Notes under the pieces: model-generated
What the model was told of the DNA's origin: nothing
The model's input: the letters and a program-made list of their open reading frames with translations, nothing else
Database searches by the model: none
Source of the DNA: a virus
Lineage: Duplodnaviria; Caudoviricetes
IMG/VR virus record: IMGVR_UViG_3300034103_001892
Location: 1,337 to 65,336 of that record
Length of the DNA stretch: 64,000 nucleotides
Direction: 5' to 3' (one strand)
Shown here: piece after piece, positions 36,982-45,116 of the stretch
How the letters are laid out: the number at the start of each line of letters is the position of its first letter
How positions within the stretch are numbered: position 1 is the stretch's first letter
Position numbers and translations under genes: made by a program

Positions 36982-39345
36982 TTAGTTACGTTGCAGTTGC
37001 AACATCTTGGTCATGGTCAATTTCTGATCATTTTGTACAGTTAGCATTTGACGCAGAACTCCGGCCATGTTATTCAGTGCATCTGCTGTTTTATCTTGCA
37101 TAGCTGGTGTGGCTTGATTTGCAGCAGTGGTCACAGTGTTCATCATGCCTTTTGTAGCCTGATCAAGACCAAATCCTTCTGGCATCAAATTGTTTTGTTT
37201 GAACATATCCTGCCCAATCTGTGGCATTGATATCTGCGGCATTTTGATTTGAACGGGTATCTTTTTGTTGTCCGGCAATGGTATGACTGCTTCGGCGCCA
37301 TGAAGTTTGGCAAAATAACCACTCATTGGGCCATCTGCTATACCGCCCTTGGCAAATTCGGCATGAATATGCGGTGCCCAAGATTTAGCCGCTGCTGGAT
37401 TTGCTGGTGCACGAGTTTCGTTTAGAACTTTTTTAGCACCAATTTCTTGTAGATATTTGGTCAAAGCTTCAACTTCATTTGGGGCTACTACAATGTCCAT
37501 GGCCCGGCCTTGATTATGAGCACTGGTAGCAGAACGTCCTTTTATTGGATCATTTAATGAAGTAATTCTAGCATTTGGAAAGCTTTTTAAAACATCTTTG
37601 GCTGCATTAATAACCTGAGCCGACAGCTTTGCTCCAGATTCACTGAATGCACCACGTTTGATATTCAATCCTTCTAGTTCTGAAGCTGCATTAACTTCAC
37701 CTGCTGGAGGAGTAGCTGGTCCAGATAGATTTCTTGTGTTGCCTGGTGGTGGCATATTTTGCAGTCTCCCACCGCCCCCTGGAGGTGCTGCTGCCGGTGG
37801 TCCTGCTGGAGGTCTAGCACCGCCTGGTGCTGCTGCCGATGCTGGGGGTGGCATGTTTTCTAATCTTGGACCTGGCGGTCTTGTGTCACCGCCAGTGATT
37901 TTATCGCTTAGTTTCTTGCTTAAATTCACTGCATACTTTAAAGCATCACTAAAACTTCTAATTTCTGTGGTTGCTTTGACAATTTCGGCTGTGAAGTCAA
38001 CAACCGCTTGTCCAATTTCTGGCGCCGCACCGGCCATCTCTTGTGCCAATTTTGATGTTTGATTTAAAACCTCTCGTCGTGCAGGATCCAGTGCTTTTTC
38101 ACCTACCTGTTGAGCCACACGCAGGCTGTTCATGGCTTTGTTGGTTTGAGCAACTTCACCTTCTAAATCTTTTTCTTGTTTGATGCGTTTTTCTTGTGCG
38201 TCTGCTGCTTGTTTGGCTATGTTGTTGTCTGCAAGTTGACGGATTTTTTGAGCTTCGGTTATACTGGTAAAGTTTTTGGAATACGCATCACTGGTGGCCG
38301 CAAGTGGTGCCATTCTGTCCACAGTCTGTCCTGTGGCCTGACCCAGTCTCTGTAGTGCTTCTTGACTGGATATGGTGCCTTTCTTTAAATCCTGCATGAT
38401 TTGCATGCCCATGCCACCAGTCATTTGTATGGCTTTTTTGGCTTCTGGGCTTGTGGTTACACCCGCTGCCATGTCACGCATGCCTTTGGCCAGTTCAGGC
38501 GACATGTTGGCCACCACACTGTTGAATTGCTGCATGTTTTCCATACCATCACGCAGTGTTTTAGCTTCTGCTCTTCTACCAGCACGTTCAAGTTCCTGAG
38601 CCTTTTGCTCTTGCATGATCATCACAGCACCAAACCTTTGTTCGTTCAATGCTTGTTCACGAGCAGCTTTTTGTTCTTTGGTGTTCACACCAGTGACTGC
38701 TGCTAGATCATTCATGGATCTTAGATAGTTGGCTGCACCTTGTGCCAACTCGTCGTTGGTCATGCGTTGAGCGCGACCAGTCTGTGCCATTTGTTTGGTG
38801 TAGTCTGCTAAACCTTCAACTTGATCTTCATAGCTAATGCCTAGATTTTGTAGTTGCAGTCTTACACCAGACATGGCCTCACTGCTCTTGGCCAGTCTGT
38901 TGGTACCGTCGGTTACATTACCACCAAATCGTGCTAAATCTTTGCTGTTTTGTCCAACAATTTTTGCGTACTGCTGTGCCATTTGTTCGTTTGAACCAAT
39001 GGCTTGCCCAAACTTAGAAGCCTGGTCGCGCATGGTTGAAAAGTTCTGTCCCAGTGCACCGCCAGAAGCTCCTATGGTGTTAAAGGTACGATTTAATCTG
39101 TCGCTTTGATCGTTCAGTGCTCCAACAGCAGCAGCACCGGTTTTTAGAGCAGTGCCCGCAGCAGCACCAGCTGGACCAAGTGCGTTAAGTCCAGAAGCAG
39201 CAGTGTTTGCAGCACCTTTTAATAGGTCGTTGGCTGTTTGTAAGCTGGCATTGCCTTTTGATAAAGTACCGTATAATCCCGCAAGACCATCAGATGCATT
39301 GCGTGCCTGAGTGGCTAAAGTATCAAGTTCATCACTAGCTGCCAT
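36982..39345 (-). CDS. Tape-measure-like protein with a C-terminal M15-type peptidase-like domain
   Basis: Long A/Q/G-rich helical body, then SAHNQGRAMDI...PHIHAE and GGIADGPMSGY..LHGAEAVIPL. Confidence 0.7.
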   Translation of the reverse strand: MAASDELDTLATQARNASDGLAGLYGTLSKGNASLQTANDLLKGAANTAASGLNALGPAGAAAGTALKTGAAAVGALNDQSDRLNRTFNTIGASGGALGQNFSTMRDQASKFGQAIGSNEQMAQQYAKIVGQNSKDLARFGGNVTDGTNRLAKSSEAMSGVRLQLQNLGISYEDQVEGLADYTKQMAQTGRAQRMTNDELAQGAANYLRSMNDLAAVTGVNTKEQKAAREQALNEQRFGAVMIMQEQKAQELERAGRRAEAKTLRDGMENMQQFNSVVANMSPELAKGMRDMAAGVTTSPEAKKAIQMTGGMGMQIMQDLKKGTISSQEALQRLGQATGQTVDRMAPLAATSDAYSKNFTSITEAQKIRQLADNNIAKQAADAQEKRIKQEKDLEGEVAQTNKAMNSLRVAQQVGEKALDPARREVLNQTSKLAQEMAGAAPEIGQAVVDFTAEIVKATTEIRSFSDALKYAVNLSKKLSDKITGGDTRPPGPRLENMPPPASAAAPGGARPPAGPPAAAPPGGGGRLQNMPPPGNTRNLSGPATPPAGEVNAASELEGLNIKRGAFSESGAKLSAQVINAAKDVLKSFPNARITSLNDPIKGRSATSAHNQGRAMDIVVAPNEVEALTKYLQEIGAKKVLNETRAPANPAAAKSWAPHIHAEFAKGGIADGPMSGYFAKLHGAEAVIPLPDNKKIPVQIKMPQISMPQIGQDMFKQNNLMPEGFGLDQATKGMMNTVTTAANQATPAMQDKTADALNNMAGVLRQMLTVQNDQKLTMTKMLQLQRN

Positions 39346-39412
39346 GTATTTTGCCTTTTAAAATTCTTGAAAAACTGCATAGATAAGTATTCAACATATT
39401 TATGGACCACAA

Positions 39413-40255
39413 ATGACCCAAACCAGTAACCCTTTACGTCAGTTTTTCCGACAACCTGCAATTTACATAAAACTGCCTTCTAATGGACAATATTGGGCAC
39501 CAAACACACTGGAAATGCCAGAATCTGGAGAGCTTCCTGTTTTTCCCATGACTGCCATAGACGAAATCACCTACAGAACTCCAGATGCATTGTACAACGG
39601 GGAAGCAGTGATCAGTGTAATTCAGAGTTGTGTACCAAATATCAAAGATGCTTGGGCCATGCCTGGTGTTGACATAGACACACTGTTGATTTCTATTAGA
39701 ATTGCCAGTTATGGACATGAGATGGAAGTTGATACCATTTGTCCTAACTGCACTGAAAGCCAAGAAATTAACTTGGATCTACGCAAGGTAATGGAACGTT
39801 TGAAAGCAGGTGACTTCACCAAACCAGTGGTGTACAACGAACTTGAAATACACTTCAAGCCATTGACTTATAGACAGATTACCAAAAATAATGTAAGACA
39901 ATTTGAAGAACAAAAAACCATAAACATTCTTCCTGATTCCACACTCAGTGAAGAAGAAAAAATTGCACACTTAAACAAAGCAATAAAAAACTTAACCGAG
40001 CTTACAATTCAAACCATGGCAGCTTGTATCAACATGGTCAGAACTCAAGGCGTACTGGTAACAGAATATGATTATATTTTAGAATGGTTACAAAACTGTG
40101 ACAGTGTGCTGTTTGCAAAGATCCGTGATCATATTGCAAGTTTGCGTGAACAAACTGACATGAAACCTCTAGAACTTACCTGTCCAGCTTGTCAGCACCA
40201 ATATCTACAGCCTGTGAGCCTGGATCAATCAAATTTTTTCGGGGACGCCTCCTGA
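39413..40255 (+). CDS. Baseplate hub / tail assembly protein (T4 gp26-like)
   Basis: NPLRQFFRQPAIYIKLPS...PMTAIDEI...IRIASYG, two CxxC pairs, ends SNFFGDAS. Confidence 0.8.
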   Translation: MTQTSNPLRQFFRQPAIYIKLPSNGQYWAPNTLEMPESGELPVFPMTAIDEITYRTPDALYNGEAVISVIQSCVPNIKDAWAMPGVDIDTLLISIRIASYGHEMEVDTICPNCTESQEINLDLRKVMERLKAGDFTKPVVYNELEIHFKPLTYRQITKNNVRQFEEQKTINILPDSTLSEEEKIAHLNKAIKNLTELTIQTMAACINMVRTQGVLVTEYDYILEWLQNCDSVLFAKIRDHIASLREQTDMKPLELTCPACQHQYLQPVSLDQSNFFGDAS

Positions 40256-40470
40256 TAAGTGATGCTGTGTCCATTGAAGCTTTGATTGATCAAATGGACA
40301 AAGAAAGTATTGGACTAAAGCAGGAGGCTTTGAAACTAGCTTGGTACATGCGAGGTGGCATTACCTACAGCGAAGTATTGCAACTTAGCTTTGCTGAACG
40401 TCAGTATATTACCAAGATGGTAAATGAAAACTTAGAAACCACAAAGAAAACCGGACTGCCTTTTTTCTAA
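40189..40470 (+). CDS. Baseplate hub assembly protein (gp51-like); start uncertain (ATG 40294 or reached by -1 frameshift)
   Basis: WYMRGGITYSE...ERQ.I...ENLETTKKTGLPFF, open in the -1 frame across the end of the gp26-like gene. Confidence 0.65.
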   Translation: MSAPISTACEPGSIKFFRGRLLISDAVSIEALIDQMDKESIGLKQEALKLAWYMRGGITYSEVLQLSFAERQYITKMVNENLETTKKTGLPFF

Positions 40471-40973
40471 TGGACCTAGAACAAGCACGTTTAGATATTT
40501 TAAATTGGATTGCTGACTTCGTTGAGCAGCCACATCCAAAACTAAACAACTGGAGTCCTTGTCCTTTTGCAAGGAAAGCCAGGCTTGACAACAAGATCAA
40601 AATACGTCGAGGCCGAGATCCCTATGCTGATCTAATGAACTTTGTAAAACTTGAACCGTATGACGTTGTGGTTTTTGTATACGATGCAGCTAAAATATCA
40701 GCACAAGAATTTGAACGTCAGGTTAATTCTGTTAATAAAACTTTTTTATCCACAAGAAACTTAATTGCACTAAGCGACCATCCTGATTCACCAGAAATCG
40801 TTAATGGTGTGTCAATGAACCAGGGTACATATGCATTGATATTCATTCAAGATTGTGAAAAATTAAATCACAGCGCGGAAAGTCTAGCAGCCAAAGGTTA
40901 TTATCAAGATTGGCCTGAAGATTACTTGCAAAATTTGTTTAGTTTTCGTAAGGATCCGCGCAATGCACAATGA
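40470..40973 (+). CDS. CPFA-motif protein (DUF1415-like)
   Basis: WIADFVEQP...WSPCPFARKA...SDHPD...LIFIQ...L...GYY; TAATG overlap with the upstream gene. Confidence 0.55.
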   Translation: MDLEQARLDILNWIADFVEQPHPKLNNWSPCPFARKARLDNKIKIRRGRDPYADLMNFVKLEPYDVVVFVYDAAKISAQEFERQVNSVNKTFLSTRNLIALSDHPDSPEIVNGVSMNQGTYALIFIQDCEKLNHSAESLAAKGYYQDWPEDYLQNLFSFRKDPRNAQ

Positions 40974-41862
40974 ATTGTTTTTACAGAATTTTAACTGGCA
41001 GCGAGATCAAGGCATTCAGTTAAGCATGATCAACAATGTTGCTCCAATAGGAAGAAATCAATTCTACGATCAAATGCTGCAAAAGTATGTAGCAAACCAA
41101 TTGTGTATTGACATTGGATTTGGCACAGGTTTACTTTCAATGTTGGCTATCAAGCACGGAGCCAGACATGTCACAGCTTGGGAACAAGATGAAAATCGCT
41201 ATCTGCTTGGTAGATATATTATACAAAAGCTAGGCCTACAAAATCAAATAACATTGTATCACGGTGTTTTTCATAGCGATAACTGTGCCAATCCTGACGC
41301 AGTGGTATTTCATGAAATCATAGGACCAAACGTTTGGAACGAAGGACTTAGAACAGCTTTGCCATTACAGGCAAAAACTATACTACCTAGAAAAATCAAA
41401 GTAGATTTTGATGTAGTACAAATTTCTAAACAAGATTACACACAGGCTTTTTTCCCTGAACGAAAATTTTCCCCTGAGGTAGAATGTTTGCCTAGTTTTG
41501 AATCTTTGCTGCAAGAACTCATAGACTCAACACCACAGAAAAATCATCTAAGAGAAACATTTATCAATGGGCTAATATCAAATCAATTCTTGGCTGTGGA
41601 AAATTTTTACACAATAGATTTCACTCAACAACAAATTGACCAAGAAACATTTGAAGTTATACCTGAAGCATTTGAAAAAACCTATAGATTTGATTTACAT
41701 CCACAACAGGTTTGGCTGCTGTTTCCTTGTACATCTATCCTGCAGGATGAACAAAAACTACACTGGGGCTGGTATCATCCTATCATAGTTGAATCATCTG
41801 GAAGTTACGACATATTTCAAAACTTTACAACAGGTGAGTTTAATATTGCAAGACACCAGTGA
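40963..41862 (+). CDS. SAM-dependent methyltransferase, PRMT-like
   Basis: MIN...RNQFY...CIDIGFGTGLLSMLAIKHGARHVTAWE...VVFHEIIG....NEG, resembling PRMT motif I and the double-E loop. Confidence 0.7.
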   Translation: MHNELFLQNFNWQRDQGIQLSMINNVAPIGRNQFYDQMLQKYVANQLCIDIGFGTGLLSMLAIKHGARHVTAWEQDENRYLLGRYIIQKLGLQNQITLYHGVFHSDNCANPDAVVFHEIIGPNVWNEGLRTALPLQAKTILPRKIKVDFDVVQISKQDYTQAFFPERKFSPEVECLPSFESLLQELIDSTPQKNHLRETFINGLISNQFLAVENFYTIDFTQQQIDQETFEVIPEAFEKTYRFDLHPQQVWLLFPCTSILQDEQKLHWGWYHPIIVESSGSYDIFQNFTTGEFNIARHQ

Positions 41863-42299
41863 GTTATCAGTTTGCACGTATAAATTTAGAGCGCACAGAT
41901 TATGGTCACTCAGTGAGTTGGAACTATTTACAACCCACAACTGATGTGATCAATTCATTACAGCAAATCTATCGCCAATACTGCATTTACAAAAAGTTTA
42001 TCAGTGTGATGCCATTGTTTGACAGCAGATTTCAAGATCCACAAACAGATATCATTGGCTACTATGATAATCAAGATCTTGTGGCATTTAGTTTAATAAA
42101 AAGGTATGATCAGTACAATGCGCTGTGTGATCAATTTGCATGGACTTATCATAAACCAAAACAACGGCTAGGCATAGAAAGCCTTAAAACAGAGTGTGCT
42201 ATCTACAAAGATCGTAATTTTAAATATCTTTATCTTGATCAAGCACACATGTACAAAAGTCAAATCAAAGGATTTGAAATACTAGGACCAATGACATAA
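41859..42299 (+). CDS. GNAT-fold protein resembling the ATE1/Bpt aminoacyl-tRNA-protein transferase C-terminal domain
   Basis: YRQYC...GYYDNQDLVAF...FAWTYHKPKQRLGIESLKTEC...FKYLYL...YK, similar to the ATE_C pattern. Confidence 0.55.
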   Translation: MSYQFARINLERTDYGHSVSWNYLQPTTDVINSLQQIYRQYCIYKKFISVMPLFDSRFQDPQTDIIGYYDNQDLVAFSLIKRYDQYNALCDQFAWTYHKPKQRLGIESLKTECAIYKDRNFKYLYLDQAHMYKSQIKGFEILGPMT

Positions 42300-42631
42300 T
42301 GGACATTTATCATATCTGGGCAGACAAAGCCGGAGACATCAGTGACTCAGACTGGGTCTCTAACATGACAAGTTTTCTCCAACATCTAGTTGACGAAAAC
42401 AAGATGGTATCATATCGTATCACACGATGCAAAATGGGATTTAGAAGTATTCAGGATCTGCCTGAGTGGCACATCATGATGGAGTTCACAGACATGGCTC
42501 AAATGGATCAGGCTTTTCGGAGAGTAGCACCCCTAGAGGGCGAGCTAGAAACCAAACATCGCAGTTTCAATCAATTTGTATCTGGTAACATTCAACACGC
42601 ACTGTATAGAGATTGGCCTGATCAACTATGA
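42299..42631 (+). CDS. Dimeric alpha-beta barrel-like protein (DUF6614-like)
   Basis: MDIYHIW...YRITRCKMGF...EWHIMMEFTDMAQMDQAF...H...ALYRDWPD. Confidence 0.55.
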   Translation: MDIYHIWADKAGDISDSDWVSNMTSFLQHLVDENKMVSYRITRCKMGFRSIQDLPEWHIMMEFTDMAQMDQAFRRVAPLEGELETKHRSFNQFVSGNIQHALYRDWPDQL

Positions 42632-43626
42632 TTGTTTGTGTAACCAGTGCTAGATCATCTGGCTGCACTTTCCTTGAGTGGAGCCTGCACTGGTTATCTG
42701 GACAAGATCAATATTATCTAGTTGACGGTGATAAGCTAGAACCTTTGATAACAAATCCCATTGCTGTCGGCGGTGACAACAAGGTCACTGCTCATCAGCA
42801 TACTAAAAATCATCCTCGAGGCCTAATACAAACACAAAAAACAATTACAGCGTTACAAAGTCAACCCAGCAACGGCTTGTATTCCTTTTATCCAATTGCC
42901 AACGAAACTGATTATTGGTGCCTCCAACTTAGACTTGATGCATCAAATCTTCGCAGTGATCATTGGCAAAGCATTTTTCATGCACAGCAACAGGAATTAA
43001 TCAGTATTGGTAACCTGTGTTATCAACACAATATTAAAACAGTATATCTAACTGAATCACCAGAAACCATACCATACTATATTGCCACGAGACATGTACC
43101 ACCGTGGACAAATAGTATAAGTGAAATAGAATATGTGAAACTGTTAACTGGTATCACCCAAGATTTACCAGTGTGGGATCTGCGTGAACGTTTGGCATTG
43201 AGTTTGAGACCAATAGCTGAATCTCCATTCTGTGATTACATCAACCCACACCAGGCTCACTTTAGAATCAGTAATCAAAGCCTGTGGTATGACGGCATTT
43301 ACACTGTGCCAAAGATACTGGATTGGTTAAACTTAAATTTAGTGGACTCAAGATTTGCACAATGGCAAGAGATATATCATCATTGGCAACAGTCACAACT
43401 AGACTACGCACGAATGACTTGGCAGTTGCCTGCAATTGTTGATGCAATTGTTCACAATCACTATTATCTAATACCACCAATGACGCTGGTATACGAAGCT
43501 GCTGTGCAACATTGCCTAATATACCAACATGGATTGAATTTAAAGACATGGAATCTACAACAGTTTCCATCAAATACACAAGACCTACATAAATTACTAG
43601 AACCAAACTTTCACAATATCACTTGA
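42628..43626 (+). CDS. Sulfotransferase-like P-loop protein
   Basis: N-terminal VTSARSSGCTFLEWSL, resembling a 5'-PSB loop; C-terminal W...YHHW helix. Confidence 0.45.
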   Translation: MIVCVTSARSSGCTFLEWSLHWLSGQDQYYLVDGDKLEPLITNPIAVGGDNKVTAHQHTKNHPRGLIQTQKTITALQSQPSNGLYSFYPIANETDYWCLQLRLDASNLRSDHWQSIFHAQQQELISIGNLCYQHNIKTVYLTESPETIPYYIATRHVPPWTNSISEIEYVKLLTGITQDLPVWDLRERLALSLRPIAESPFCDYINPHQAHFRISNQSLWYDGIYTVPKILDWLNLNLVDSRFAQWQEIYHHWQQSQLDYARMTWQLPAIVDAIVHNHYYLIPPMTLVYEAAVQHCLIYQHGLNLKTWNLQQFPSNTQDLHKLLEPNFHNIT

Positions 43627-44188
43627 TGCCAATCACAGTGAATCTTTGATAATCACCGTATACAAATTCATCAGCAAGTAGTAATTTACGCATAGGCCAA
43701 GTTTGCACCAATGCATTGAGATCTTGATATGTACGCAAGCTATCCTCTTGATCTCCAGCATTAAGCACCACCAGTGTGCCCAGGGGAATACGATCAAACC
43801 AGCTGGATCCAGCTATGTCATTACAACTGGCATTGATTATCACGCTGGGTTTACGAGCTTGACGATAGTCTAGTTTGTTTACGTCTTGAATCATGTGTTG
43901 AGCTCTTGCATCCAATCTTTGCATAAACTCTTTGCTTAATTTGATATAGTTTGGTTCTATATCCACGTTTATAATTTTTTTAACTGGAAAATTGTCAAGA
44001 GCCATCAATATGCCAAGATTACCATACCAACTGCCAAGGATATAAGCAACATTAAGCATTGGCACATCAAGTTCATCTAGCACGTAGCGCAGTTGTTGCA
44101 GCAAATCTAACTTACCAAGCATGAGCTCACGGCTAAAGCTACCATCTAAGGTTTCAGGACTGGTTTCATTTTCAGCAAAGTGATTCAT
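43619..44188 (-). CDS. Class I SAM methyltransferase-like protein
   Basis: ILGSWYGNL...INVDIE...VIINASC. Start set at ATG 44188, 5 nt after TAAATA (44199-44194). Confidence 0.65.
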   Translation of the reverse strand: MNHFAENETSPETLDGSFSRELMLGKLDLLQQLRYVLDELDVPMLNVAYILGSWYGNLGILMALDNFPVKKIINVDIEPNYIKLSKEFMQRLDARAQHMIQDVNKLDYRQARKPSVIINASCNDIAGSSWFDRIPLGTLVVLNAGDQEDSLRTYQDLNALVQTWPMRKLLLADEFVYGDYQRFTVIGIK

Positions 44189-44199
44189 AGTAGTATTTA

Positions 44200-44587
44200 C
44201 TTCAAGAACTTCTTCGAAGTTCTGTTGATTCACTTCGTTCATCAACATTGTTTTTAAGAGATATCATCCAGATATTTTGGTCATACTTGCCCGTGTTACC
44301 GGGCAAGGTTGAAGACATCATCCGAGTACGAACGGTCATGTGTATAAAGAGATTGTGTTGCCACGCGGAGGCGGTTGTGCTGTACCTCCTACTCTAGCCT
44401 TGACTCACAACGGAACGCAGGTTATCCCATACACACGAAACACCTTGCGCCGCGGTTGTATCTTTTTATCACAGAGCCGCGATCATTTAGCCTAAGTTAG
44501 CCTATACTTTGACGCCCAAGATCCGCTGGCAACGAGCCTTACCTCGGCTAGCTCAATGGGGCTGAGTCACTACACTCAGCACAGAGT
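44200..44587 (-). ncRNA. Candidate large structured non-coding RNA, family not recognised
   Basis: No convincing ORF. At least eight stems, a 12-bp long-range helix, a ~13-bp pseudoknot and two covarying repeated hairpins, all found by hand. Confidence 0.6.
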
Positions 44588-45103
44588 CTATTGGCAGAGC
44601 AGTTTTACTTGATCTGCATTTAATTCCCAGAACAAATCATAGTCCATGATAAACCAATGTCCATGTTTGCCTGTTGCGTAGTTAAAATGTCTTGTGAAAA
44701 AAAGTTGAGAGTGATTTGGCTGTGCCTGTACTGCTACGTATGTGCCTTTGCGATTGAATTTCATGAAAATGATATTGAAGTCACCCTCATCAGCGACATC
44801 CATACATTGTTCAATCCATATATCAAGTGTTTTACATGAGCCTTGAAAGAGTTGGTGAAATGGAAAATCTTTATAGCTTTTACATTCTGCATTAAAGCGC
44901 GGAAAACTTTGTCCAGGAATGATATCGCCCTTGAAACTGCGTATCTGCCCTTCATGCAAGATCTCTTTGCGATGCTGATTACTGCCCCCAATATAAGCGC
45001 CAGAATGCGGAACACGTATAAAACTTTCACCGTAAAGTTCGGTTAAATGTTTTGCCACGGTGTTCTCCCATGCGTTGCCTTTGGCTTTTTGAGAACTGGT
45101 CAT
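44588..45103 (-). CDS. Holliday junction resolvase-like PD-(D/E)XK nuclease
   Basis: QKAKGNAWEN...RVPHSGA...GDII...NAECKSY, an Hjc-like motif set. Confidence 0.8.
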   Translation of the reverse strand: MTSSQKAKGNAWENTVAKHLTELYGESFIRVPHSGAYIGGSNQHRKEILHEGQIRSFKGDIIPGQSFPRFNAECKSYKDFPFHQLFQGSCKTLDIWIEQCMDVADEGDFNIIFMKFNRKGTYVAVQAQPNHSQLFFTRHFNYATGKHGHWFIMDYDLFWELNADQVKLLCQ

Positions 45104-45116
45104 GCAGAATTGTTTA

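Noticed and set aside
40461-40470. Second T TTT TTC heptamer at the end of the gp51-like ORF, with the next gene in the -1 frame
   Set aside because: Explained by terminal Phe-Phe codons plus an ordinary TAATG stop-start overlap. It also shows such heptamers can arise by chance, a caveat for the 40234 site.
44189-44248. N-terminal extension of the ORF-track call 43619..44248
   Set aside because: It overlaps hairpins and a TAAATA motif; ATG 44188 fits the recurring promoter-to-start spacing.
44200-44587. CRISPR or TIGR array, tRNA, tmRNA or intron as the explanation of the non-coding gap
   Set aside because: Only two repeat units, no cas or Nop-domain gene, no T-loop/CCA end, no interrupted gene and no intron core motif recognised.
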